From: Trueperaceae bacterium
GTDB lineage: Bacteria; Deinococcota; Deinococci; Deinococcales; Trueperaceae
Length of the DNA stretch: 64,000 bases
NCBI GenBank assembly: GCA_965213705.1
Contig: OZ243913.1
Location: 3,072,001 to 3,136,000, forward strand
Direction: 5' to 3'
In this document: positions 51,102 through 62,425 of the stretch, piece after piece
How the letters are laid out: the number at the start of each line of letters is the position of its first letter
Numbering within the stretch: the first letter of the stretch is position 1
Position numbers and translations under genes: made by a program
Notes under the pieces: generated by a model
Databases searched by the model: none
Seen by the model: only the letters and a program-made list of their open reading frames with translations
What the model was told of the DNA's origin: nothing

Positions 51102-51136
51102 GAGGGGCTCGAGGTCAAGCCTCGAGCCCCTCTTTC
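51102..51136 (+). terminator. Rho-independent terminator
   Basis: GAGGGGCTCGAGG-tcaag-CCTCGAGCCCCTC followed by TTT. Confidence 0.7.
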
Positions 51137-51171
51137 GTCACGAACAAACGAAACAAGCGGCTTTTGACCTT

Positions 51172-51214
51172 GTCTCCCCTTTTAGGGGAGACGGCCCTGT
51201 AGGCCGGAGGGGTC
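51172..51214. repeat. REP-like palindromic element
   Basis: GTCTCCCCT-ttt-AGGGGAGAC, then GGCC-ctgta-GGCC and GGAGGGG. Confidence 0.45.
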
Positions 51215-51297
51215 TCACCCAGCGTAGGGCGCTTCACCGACGAAGCGCCGCGGGCGTGCTATAAAGGTAAGAGCAAGGCCCTACCAGGAGGGTGAAC

Positions 51298-51684
51298 ATG
51301 GACCAAGCACAAGAAACCATGACGGTCACCGAAGCCGCCGCCGCCAAGGCGGGCGAGCTGTTGGGCGCGAACAACAAACCCGACGGCGCGATTCGCGTGT
51401 TCGTCAAGTCGGGCGGCTGCAGCGGCTACAGCTACGGCATGGCGATCGACGAACGCACTTTGGAAGGCGACCGGATTATCGAGGACCGCGGCGTGCGAAT
51501 AGTCGTCGACCCAAAAAGCTGGCCGCTGCTGCGCGGCGCGCAAGTTGATTACGTCGAAAACATGATGGGCGGCGGCTTCAGCGTCAACAACCCCAACGCC
51601 ACGAGTTCTTGCGGCTGCGGCCACTCATTCCGCACCGACGGCCGGGCAGCGCCGGACGGCGAAGGCGCGGCGAGCTGTCACTGA
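51298..51684 (+). CDS. Fe-S cluster insertion/carrier protein (HesB/IscA/ErpA family)
   Basis: GGCSGYSY and [13 protein letters not shown] motifs; AGGAGG RBS. Confidence 0.95.
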   Translation: MDQAQETMTVTEAAAAKAGELLGANNKPDGAIRVFVKSGGCSGYSYGMAIDERTLEGDRIIEDRGVRIVVDPKSWPLLRGAQVDYVENMMGGGFSVNNPNATSSCGCGHSFRTDGRAAPDGEGAASCH

Positions 51685-51731
51685 GCAGTACCGAGGACCG
51701 AGTAGAAAGTAGAAAGTGAAAACCAAAAGCC

Positions 51732-51756
51732 AAAACCCCGCCTCGGCGGGGTTTTT
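51732..51756. terminator. Bidirectional rho-independent terminator
   Basis: AAAACCCCGCC-tc-GGCGGGGTTTTT between convergent genes. Confidence 0.85.
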
Positions 51757-52564
51757 AGTGGAGGTGCGCCTCGAGAAAACGCTTTATCTCTTTGAACGCT
51801 TGCGGCTGCGCGCGAGCGAACAGGGCGGCGTGGCCGCCCGCGACCTCGAGAAACGCCTTGTCGGCCATCGACAGCTCGAACAGTGTGCGGCCTTGAGACA
51901 GCGGAATCAGGCGGTCGTCCGTTGCGTGGATGAACAGGATGGGCGCAGTGACCGCAGCTATTTTCGCGTCGGACTCGAAGCGGTTGCGCAGCAGGCCGGA
52001 CGGGAGCACGCGGTAGAGCGACTTCGCCACGGCGTCCAGGGAAGTGTAAGCGGCCTCGAGCACGACGGCACCCACCTCGACCCGGCTCGCCAAGTCCACG
52101 GCGACGCCCGTCCCCAGGCTGTAGCCGTATAGGACGATGTTTGTGGGCTGCACGCCGCGCTCCAACAGATAAGCGTAAGCGGCTCGAGCGTCCGCATACA
52201 GTCCCGTCTCGCTCGGCACGCCGTCGCTGCGGCCGTAACCGCGGTAGTCCAGGGTCAGCACGTTGTAACCGAGCCTGACAAGTTGCGTCGTCACGCTCAA
52301 ATAGTGAGAGATGTCCTGGCCCTGGCCGTGGAAGTAGACGAGCCAGCGCTGTGAACCTGGGTAGGGCAAAACCCAGCCGAAGAGGTCGACGCCGTCGGCG
52401 GTCGTCACCGTGACCTCTTCGAAAGCGTGGCCGAAGTCGGCGGGCGTGGCGACGAAGTCGCGCCGCTCGAACGCACCCGTGTAAACGAGGCGCTGCTCGA
52501 GCCGACTCAGCAGCCCCGGAAAAGCGAACGTCACCAGAAAAACTCCGACACTCAGCAAGCGCAC
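51755..52564 (-). CDS. Alpha/beta hydrolase
   Basis: YFHG, DYRGYGRSDG, GYSLG nucleophile elbow, H..D..IP, GGH. Confidence 0.92.
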   Translation of the reverse strand: MRLLSVGVFLVTFAFPGLLSRLEQRLVYTGAFERRDFVATPADFGHAFEEVTVTTADGVDLFGWVLPYPGSQRWLVYFHGQGQDISHYLSVTTQLVRLGYNVLTLDYRGYGRSDGVPSETGLYADARAAYAYLLERGVQPTNIVLYGYSLGTGVAVDLASRVEVGAVVLEAAYTSLDAVAKSLYRVLPSGLLRNRFESDAKIAAVTAPILFIHATDDRLIPLSQGRTLFELSMADKAFLEVAGGHAALFARAQPQAFKEIKRFLEAHLH

Positions 52565-52573
52565 CGCCGGACG

Positions 52574-55495
<2,922 letters not shown>

Positions 55496-55885
55496 TTACG
55501 CCTCGGCTTCGGCCGTTTGGTCGTAGGCGTCGGCGTCCAGCAAGTTCTCGAGGTCGCCCGCATCACTGAAGCGCACTTTCATAATCCAACCCGCCTCGAA
55601 CGGGGACTCGTTGATGGTCTCGGGGGCGTCTTCTAAGGCGCTGTTGACCTCTAAGACCTCGCCGCCGACCGGGCTGTACAAGTCCGAAGCCGCCTTGACC
55701 GACTCGACCACGCCGAACTCGTCGCCCGCGGCAAGTTCGCGGCCGACCTCGGGCAATTCGACAAAGACCACGTCGCCGAGCGCTTCTTGCGCGTGCGCGG
55801 TGATGCCGACGGTGGCGGTGCCGTCGCCGTTGTCCAGGACCCACTCGTGGGACTTGGCGTATTTAAGGTGTTTAGGACTCGTCAC
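55496..55885 (-). CDS. gcvH: Glycine cleavage system H protein
   Basis: [21 protein letters not shown] lipoyl site. Confidence 0.97.
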   Translation of the reverse strand: MTSPKHLKYAKSHEWVLDNGDGTATVGITAHAQEALGDVVFVELPEVGRELAAGDEFGVVESVKAASDLYSPVGGEVLEVNSALEDAPETINESPFEAGWIMKVRFSDAGDLENLLDADAYDQTAEAEA

Positions 55886-55920
55886 GACTCACTCCTTGGT
55901 TTACCAGGATACGGCACGGG

Positions 55921-57000
55921 TCAGGTGTGAAAGGGAGGTTTCACGACAGTCGCCGTAACTTTTTGACCACGAATTTCGACCGCGATTTTTTGGCCCGGTT
56001 CGGCGTAAGCGGTGTTCAGCCAGCCCAGCGCGATGCCTTCACGGGTGAGTGGCGAAATGGTGCCGGAGGTGACCTCGCCGACCTGTTCTGCGTCGACGAA
56101 CAGCTTGTAGCCCTGCCGTGCCACGCCGCGTTCATTCAACCGCAAGCCGACCAGCCGTTTTGAGCAGTCCGCGTCCCACATGGCCGCACGGCCGTAAAAC
56201 TCTTTATCCTTGACGACCCAGGCGTAGTCCGAGCACAGGGGGTTGGTCGTCTCGGTAAACTCGTGGCCGTAAAGAGGAAAGCCCGCTTCCAAACGCAAGG
56301 TGTCTCGGGCGCCCAAACCGCAGGGTTGAGCGCCCGCCCCGACGAGCACCCCCCACACGGAAACGGCGTCGTCCGGCCGGCAAAAAATCTCGAAGCCGTC
56401 TTCGCCCGTGTACCCGGTCCTCGCCAGGTCGACGTTGGCTCCTTTTAGACGCGCCGCGACCTTCTGGTTTTTTTTCACGTGGGTCAGGTCCGTGTCGGTG
56501 AGGCGGGTCAAGAGCAGCGCCGACCCCGGACCTTGCAGGGCCAACAGCGCCCAACTGTCGCTCTCGTCACTGACCCGCACGTCGTAGTCCTGCGTTGAAG
56601 AGTCTCGCGCTGAAGAGTCTCGCGCCAACCGCTCGAGGTGACTCGTCACCGCTTTGCGATTGGCGGCGTTGCAAACGACGAGGTAGTCGTCGGCGTCTCG
56701 GTAGACGTACAGGTCGTCGATAAGCCCGCCCCGGTCGTTTTGAAGCATCGAATACTGTCCGCGACCGGGTTTGAGCTTGGCGGGGTCGTTCAGCGTCGCG
56801 TACCGTAAAAAATCCGTGGCGTCCGCTCCCGCGACGCGCAGCTCACCCATGTGGCTCACGTCGAACAGGCCCGTCTCGGAGCGCACGGCCATGTGCTCTC
56901 GCTGAATGCCGCCCCCATAGTTGAGCGGCATGTCCCAACCGGCGAAGTCCACCATTCGCGCGCCCTGCGCCACGTGAGCGTCATAGAGAGGCGTTTTCAC
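55921..57000 (-). CDS. gcvT: Glycine cleavage system aminomethyltransferase T
   Basis: TPLYDAH, FDVSHMG, RTGYTGEDGFE, GLGARDTLRLEAG; leaderless TACTCT-N6-GTG. Confidence 0.97.
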   Translation of the reverse strand: MKTPLYDAHVAQGARMVDFAGWDMPLNYGGGIQREHMAVRSETGLFDVSHMGELRVAGADATDFLRYATLNDPAKLKPGRGQYSMLQNDRGGLIDDLYVYRDADDYLVVCNAANRKAVTSHLERLARDSSARDSSTQDYDVRVSDESDSWALLALQGPGSALLLTRLTDTDLTHVKKNQKVAARLKGANVDLARTGYTGEDGFEIFCRPDDAVSVWGVLVGAGAQPCGLGARDTLRLEAGFPLYGHEFTETTNPLCSDYAWVVKDKEFYGRAAMWDADCSKRLVGLRLNERGVARQGYKLFVDAEQVGEVTSGTISPLTREGIALGWLNTAYAEPGQKIAVEIRGQKVTATVVKPPFHT

Positions 57001-57213
57001 CCGGAAAGAGTACCACACTGTGCGGCTTGCTCAGAACGGGGCGGCGCACCCTGAACACGGTGAACTGTGGCGCGGCCGGGTGACGCAACTTCGGCAGGGG
57101 TGTTAGACTCGCGCCTGTTGACCCGCTCGAGCGACGACCTCGGACGGCGTGGACGAAAAGTTTTGGGGGCGGGAACATCATCCGCTGCAGGTTCGCAGCC
57201 GTGGGAGAAACGC

Positions 57214-59781
57214 ATGAACATTTTAGGCCACGTAACCGTGCTGCCGCAAGTGCCGCAACGCATCAGCCGTCTGCAAGACTTAGCCCGCAACCTGTGGTGG
57301 ACCTGGACGCCGCAGGCGCGCACCCTGTTCCGCACGCTCGACCGCGACCTGTGGGAGTCGACCGGTCACAACCCGGTCGCCCTGCTGCAGGGCGTGTCGC
57401 AAGACAGGCTCGAGCAAGTCGCCCAGGACGAGGCTTACGGCGCAAAGTACGACGCCGTGCTGCGCCACTTCGACGCTTACCTCGCCCGCGACGCCTGGTA
57501 CGACACGGCTTTTCCCGACAGACAGCACGTCTACGCTTACTTTTGCGCCGAGTACGGCTGGCACGAGGCCCTAGCGCTTTACTCGGGGGGGTTGGGCGTG
57601 TTGGCGGGCGACCACACCAAAGCGGCGTCCGACTTGGGTGTGCCCTTGGTCGGCGTGGGTTTGTGGTATCCGGAAGGCTACTTTCACCAGCGCGTCGCCG
57701 CCGACGGTCGCCAGGAGGCGGTCTACACGCGCAGAGACCCTCAAACGCTGCCCTTGGAACTCGTCACAAAGGGCGAGCAAGAGGTCCGCGTGGCGGTCAC
57801 CCTGTACGACCGCGAGGTCAGTATTCGGGCTTGGCAAGTCACCGTCGGCCGGGTGCCGGTGTACCTGCTCGACACCGACGTGCCCGAAAACACGGCGGAG
57901 GACCGCGACCTGTTGCGCCGTCTGTACGGCGGCGACCAACGAACGCGCGTGGCCCAAGAGATTGTTTTGGGTATCGGCGGCGTGAGGCTGTTGCGCGCGC
58001 TGGGCGTCGCGCCGACGAGCTGGCACATGAACGAGGGTCACAGCGCCTTTATGGCCCTGGAACGTTGCCGCGAGTTCGTCGCGCAGGGCTTGAGCTTCGA
58101 GGTTGCCCGGGAGGCGGTCGCGGCGAGCACCGTTTTTACCGTCCACACCCCGGTCGCCGCGGGCAACGACGCTTTTCCTTTCGAGCTTATCAGCCAGTAT
58201 TTTGGCGACTATTGGGGCAGTTTGGGGCTGAACCAACAGAGTTTTCTAGAGCTGGGCCGCTACGACCTCGGGTGGGGGCCGGTTTTCAGTATGCCCGCGC
58301 TGGCGATTCATTTCAGCTCGGGTCGCAACGGCGTCGCCGAACTTCACGGCGACACCAGCCGCAAACTGTGGCGCGAACTCTGGCCCGAGGTGCCGACCGA
58401 CGAGGTTCCTATCGGCTCGGTCACCAACGGCGTCCACCTGCCGACCTGGGTAGCTCCGGAAACGCAAGACCTCGTCGCAACGGTGTTGCCCGAGGACTGG
58501 CACGCGCGGCTGGACGACGTCGACATGTGGCGGCGGGTGGAGGGGCTGGACGAAGCCAAACTGTGGGCGGTACGAAAAGCGCTCAAGGCGCAGAGCGTAC
58601 GCTTTTTGCGGCGCCGGGTGCTGCGCCAGCTCGAGCGCCAAGGTGCCACCCCGACCGCCCTGCAAAACACCGGCGAGCTGTTCGACCCGGACGCGCTCAC
58701 CATCGGTTTTGCACGCAGGTTCGCGACCTACAAACGCGCGACGCTCATCTTTCGGGATTTGGAGCGCTTGGCGCGCATTTTGGGCGACCCCGAACGGCCC
58801 GTCCAACTGGTTTTTTCGGGCAAGGCGCACCCGGCGGACAAACCCGGTCAAGAACTCATCACCGTTATCCACAACTTGTCCAAAGAGAAGCGCTTCGCCG
58901 GAAAGATTCTGTTCGTCGAGGACTACGACATGGCCGTGGGCCGGGCGCTGACACGCGGGTCGGACGTGTGGCTCAACAACCCGCGGCGGCCCCTGGAAGC
59001 GTCCGGAACGAGCGGCCAAAAAGCCGCCATGAACGGCGGCTTGAACCTCAGTATTTTGGACGGTTGGTGGCCCGAGGGCTTTGACGGGGACAACGGGTGG
59101 GCGATTGGTTCCGCGCGCAGCTTCGACAGCGAGGAACAAGCCGACGCCGCAGACGCCGACGCCCTTTACGACCTGTTGGAACGCGAGGTCGTACCGCTCT
59201 ACTACGCGCGCGACGAGCAAGGCGTGCCGCGCGGGTGGCTGGCCCGCAGCAAAGACGCGATTGCCACCATCAGCCCGCGCTTTAACGCGAGCCGCATGGT
59301 CAAAGACTACACCACGCTCTACTACGCCCCGGCTTCGGAGCGCGCGCAAGCGCTGTCCGCCCAAGGTTTCGAGGCCGCCGCCGACTTGGCCGCCTGGCGG
59401 GAGCACGTTTCTTCGAGCTGGAAGAGCGTCGACTTGAGCGCGCAAGCAGCAGCCGAGGGGGTGCGCCGCAGCGGTGACGCGCTGAACGTCAAAGCCAGCT
59501 TTCGACCTCACGACTTGGGTGACACCGAGGTCCGCGTCGAGGTCGTTTACAGCCTCGAGAAAGACAACCTGATGACCAACCTCTACCGCGTGCCCATGCA
59601 AAAAGTAGCCGACAACGAGAGCGCTGCAGACGGCGCAGACGACGCGGCGGACGGCGCGGTGCATTACCAGGCGACGTTCAAGCCCGAAATAAGCGGCCAC
59701 CTCGTCTATGGTGTGCGAGCTTACCCGGTCAATGACCACCTCGCCAACGTCTTCGACGCGCGCGCGGTTCGCTGGGCGTAG
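57214..59781 (+). CDS. glgP: Alpha-glucan (glycogen/maltodextrin) phosphorylase
   Basis: NLWWTW, YSGGLGVLAGD, MNEGH, GFARRFATYKR, EASGTSGQK. Confidence 0.95.
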   Translation: MNILGHVTVLPQVPQRISRLQDLARNLWWTWTPQARTLFRTLDRDLWESTGHNPVALLQGVSQDRLEQVAQDEAYGAKYDAVLRHFDAYLARDAWYDTAFPDRQHVYAYFCAEYGWHEALALYSGGLGVLAGDHTKAASDLGVPLVGVGLWYPEGYFHQRVAADGRQEAVYTRRDPQTLPLELVTKGEQEVRVAVTLYDREVSIRAWQVTVGRVPVYLLDTDVPENTAEDRDLLRRLYGGDQRTRVAQEIVLGIGGVRLLRALGVAPTSWHMNEGHSAFMALERCREFVAQGLSFEVAREAVAASTVFTVHTPVAAGNDAFPFELISQYFGDYWGSLGLNQQSFLELGRYDLGWGPVFSMPALAIHFSSGRNGVAELHGDTSRKLWRELWPEVPTDEVPIGSVTNGVHLPTWVAPETQDLVATVLPEDWHARLDDVDMWRRVEGLDEAKLWAVRKALKAQSVRFLRRRVLRQLERQGATPTALQNTGELFDPDALTIGFARRFATYKRATLIFRDLERLARILGDPERPVQLVFSGKAHPADKPGQELITVIHNLSKEKRFAGKILFVEDYDMAVGRALTRGSDVWLNNPRRPLEASGTSGQKAAMNGGLNLSILDGWWPEGFDGDNGWAIGSARSFDSEEQADAADADALYDLLEREVVPLYYARDEQGVPRGWLARSKDAIATISPRFNASRMVKDYTTLYYAPASERAQALSAQGFEAAADLAAWREHVSSSWKSVDLSAQAAAEGVRRSGDALNVKASFRPHDLGDTEVRVEVVYSLEKDNLMTNLYRVPMQKVADNESAADGADDAADGAVHYQATFKPEISGHLVYGVRAYPVNDHLANVFDARAVRWA

Positions 59782-59791
59782 CGGGGCGGCG

Positions 59792-59846
59792 CCGAGGACC
59801 GAGCTAAAAGTACCGAGTCGAACCCTCCCAACTCGGTACTTTTAGC
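59792..59846 (+). repeat. REP-like hairpin after glgP (same family as 44242 and 51687)
   Basis: CCGAGGACCGA, then GCTAAAAGTACCGAGT...ACTCGGTACTTTTAGC (16-bp stem). Confidence 0.8.
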
Positions 59847-60002
59847 GTTTCCAACCGGTAGTGAGACGGCTGAGCGGGTTGACCTCTTCCCGGGTCCGCT
59901 TTCTTGAGTCGTTGAAGTTTGAGTGGCTCACGAAAACACTGTTGCTGCTTGGGTCTCTTGACTATCTCCCCTACGCTTCAGGCCGCCCTGGTAAACTAGC
60001 CC

Positions 60003-60587
60003 ATGACCCCGACGAGAGACGAAGCTTACACCTTGATGACGGAGTGGACCGCCTCCGACAGCCTGCGCAAACACATGCTGGCGGTCGAGGCGGCGGTGCG
60101 CGCCTACGCACAAAAGTTTGGCGAAGACGAGGACTACTGGGCGGCGACCGCGCTACTGCACGACTTCGACTACGAAAAGTATCCCGACTTAGGCCCGGAC
60201 GGCCATCCGTTCGTGGGGGTACGCTACTTGCGCGAGCAGGGCTATCCAGAAGAGATGTTGGACGCGATTTTGGGCCACGCCGACTTCAGCGGCGTACCGC
60301 GCGAAACCCTGCTCGCCAAGACACTTTATGCCTGCGACGAGGTGACGGGCCTCATCACGGCGGCGGTGCTGGTGCGGCCCGACAAGGACGTCGCCAACCA
60401 AACCCTCAAAAGCCTCAAGAAAAAGTTCAAGGACAAAGCTTTCGCGCGCGGCGTCAACCGCGAGGACGTGGAGCGCGGCGCGGCAGAACTTGGGGTTGAG
60501 TTGTGGGAACACGTCGCTTTCGTGCTCAGCGCGATGCAGGCTCGAGCGGAAATCTTGGAGTTGGACGGGCGGTTGGCAGCGGAGTAG
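60003..60587 (+). CDS. HDIG/HD-domain hydrolase
   Basis: H.LAVEA, LLHDFD, AILGH, ACDE.TG, KDKAFARGVNR; leaderless TAAACT-N5-ATG. Confidence 0.92.
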   Translation: MTPTRDEAYTLMTEWTASDSLRKHMLAVEAAVRAYAQKFGEDEDYWAATALLHDFDYEKYPDLGPDGHPFVGVRYLREQGYPEEMLDAILGHADFSGVPRETLLAKTLYACDEVTGLITAAVLVRPDKDVANQTLKSLKKKFKDKAFARGVNREDVERGAAELGVELWEHVAFVLSAMQARAEILELDGRLAAE

Positions 60588-60827
60588 GGCTGAACTTGAA
60601 GGTCGCCCAAAATCACTTATGTTTTTTCAAGCCACGCCTTTATAGAGACTACCGGCGGGAAAATAGAACAGGTGCTCTACGCTTTTTTACGCTGGTTGAG
60701 TTTTGTCGGCACGCCTTGTACCCTCGACGGCTGACGCACACGTTGAACTAAAAGTCTGTGAGAATGCTGTAAGAAGTGAACTGCTAGAGTAACACCGTTG
60801 CAAGCGTTGCGCTCCCGAACGGCAACC

Positions 60828-60908
60828 TTGTAAGAGGCGAAGACCCACCCCAATCCGTTTTTCGGGCGCTAGGACGGGTGACGAGCCAGTAGCGCGACCG
60901 GCTTACAA
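60828..60908 (+). promoter_or_regulatory. c-di-GMP-II riboswitch aptamer
   Basis: P1 TTGTAAG/CTTACAA; P2 GGC/GCC with kink-turn-like GAAGA...GA; P3 CACCC..TCC/GGA.GGGTG; loop GGGCGCT pseudoknotted to AGCGC; 3' GAGCCAGTAGCGCGACCG matches the class II GAGYYAGUAGUGCAACCG pattern with a compensatory change. Confidence 0.85.
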
Positions 60909-60945
60909 AACTGTTTGTTGTTTGGAAAGGACCGTGTATCACGTC

Positions 60946-62235
60946 ATGCAACGCAATCCCGAAGCAAACCGAACCTCGAGCAAGCAACTTTCAGCCACCC
61001 TCATACCTGTGCTCGTCGCCGCCCTGTCGGCCTGCGGCAGCGTGACCCCGGAGCTGCCCCAAACAGCGCCGGAGCGCTTCGACTATTCTCTGAGCGTCGA
61101 GGTTGCGCCCGGCGCTTCTCGAGCCGCTACCGAAGCGCAGTATGGCGGTAAGGCGGTCGTGTGGCGGCCCGAAGCGGGTTTCGCCGTGCTCGGTCTGCAC
61201 GACGCGGGTGGCCTGAGTACCCTGGGCGCAAAAGACAACAAAAAGGCTTTCAAGTCGCCGGAAGTCGCCACCAGCTCGGTCGACGGTAACGGGCGCTCCG
61301 CTTGGAGCGGCGGCCGCTCCGCTTGGAGTGGGGGCCGTTCGGCCTGGAGCGGGGGCGCGCCGACGACCTTTACGGAGAACTTAAGCTACTGGGACCAAAT
61401 CGACTTGCCCGAAGGTCAAGCGCTCGCCCCGCGCTTGGGTGACAGCGTCAAAGTCGCCGTTATCGACACGGGTCTCGACCTGCACCATCCGGCTTTCCAG
61501 GGTAGACTCGCACCTGCACACGAGTGGAAAGACTTTGTAGACGGTGACACCTACCCGCAAGAAGTGTCGGGACCGAACTACGGGCACGGCACGGGCGTCG
61601 CCGACATCATCGTGCAGGTGGCTCCCAACGTGACGATTTTGCCCATCCGTGTACTCGGCCCCGACGGCTCGGGCGACACGACCGACGTTGTCGCCGCCAT
61701 CAACCACGCCGTCCAGAAGGGTGCGGACATTATCAACTTGTCGCTCGGCACCGACACGGGTGAGAAAACGCTCGAGAACCTCATCAAGTACGCCGTGAAG
61801 CAAAACGTCGTCGTCGTCGCCTCGGCGGGCAACAACGGTCGGGAAGACATCTTGTTTCCCGCCAGGTACAAAGACGAAGTCGTCGGCGTCGGCAGCGTCG
61901 ACCCGAACGACGAACTCTCGACGTTTTCCTCCTACGGCAAAGAACTCAACTTGACCGCGCCCGGCGAGTCCATCTACACCGCCGCCCCCGACCAAAGTGT
62001 CGGGTCTTGGAGCGGCACCTCGTTCGCCGCCCCCATCGTCTCGGGCGCGGCGGCGTTGGCGCTCGGCGAAAGGTCCAACTACAAGGGGATGAAGCCTGAG
62101 GACCTCAGCAAAATACTTTCCGGCGCAACCAACGACGTGCGCGGCCGGGGCAGAAACAGAAACTTCAAGGCCGACGTGCTCGGCAAGGGCCGCTTGGACA
62201 TCGACGACTTTTTGAAAGCCGTTTTCAAAAAGTAA
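60946..62235 (+). CDS. S8 family (subtilase) serine protease lipoprotein
   Basis: Lipobox LSAC; catalytic VIDTG, GHGT, GTSFAAP; oxyanion ASAGN; exact start uncertain (GTG 60934 or ATG 60946). Confidence 0.95.
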   Translation: MQRNPEANRTSSKQLSATLIPVLVAALSACGSVTPELPQTAPERFDYSLSVEVAPGASRAATEAQYGGKAVVWRPEAGFAVLGLHDAGGLSTLGAKDNKKAFKSPEVATSSVDGNGRSAWSGGRSAWSGGRSAWSGGAPTTFTENLSYWDQIDLPEGQALAPRLGDSVKVAVIDTGLDLHHPAFQGRLAPAHEWKDFVDGDTYPQEVSGPNYGHGTGVADIIVQVAPNVTILPIRVLGPDGSGDTTDVVAAINHAVQKGADIINLSLGTDTGEKTLENLIKYAVKQNVVVVASAGNNGREDILFPARYKDEVVGVGSVDPNDELSTFSSYGKELNLTAPGESIYTAAPDQSVGSWSGTSFAAPIVSGAAALALGERSNYKGMKPEDLSKILSGATNDVRGRGRNRNFKADVLGKGRLDIDDFLKAVFKK

Positions 62236-62245
62236 GGGTTTGACG

Positions 62246-62281
62246 GCTCGAGCAGCGTCCGGACGCTGCTCGAGCTTTGTT
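62246..62281 (+). terminator. Rho-independent terminator after the subtilase
   Basis: Perfect 30-bp palindrome GCTCGAGCAGCGTCCGGACGCTGCTCGAGC followed by TTTGTT. Confidence 0.75.
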
Positions 62282-62425
62282 GAGTATCCCTTGAGCGACA
62301 GAACGACGCTTCGCACAGCCTCGGCAAAATCGAAAGGCTTGTAAGAACCGAGACAGAGACGACCCTGTAAACTACACTTCGACGACACACAGACGCGTTG
62401 GGTGTCGAAACGTCAAAGGCTGACC

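Noticed and set aside
57001..57213. Glycine riboswitch upstream of gcvT
   Set aside because: No GGAGA/GAAG/CUCUCAGG elements; gcvT appears leaderless.
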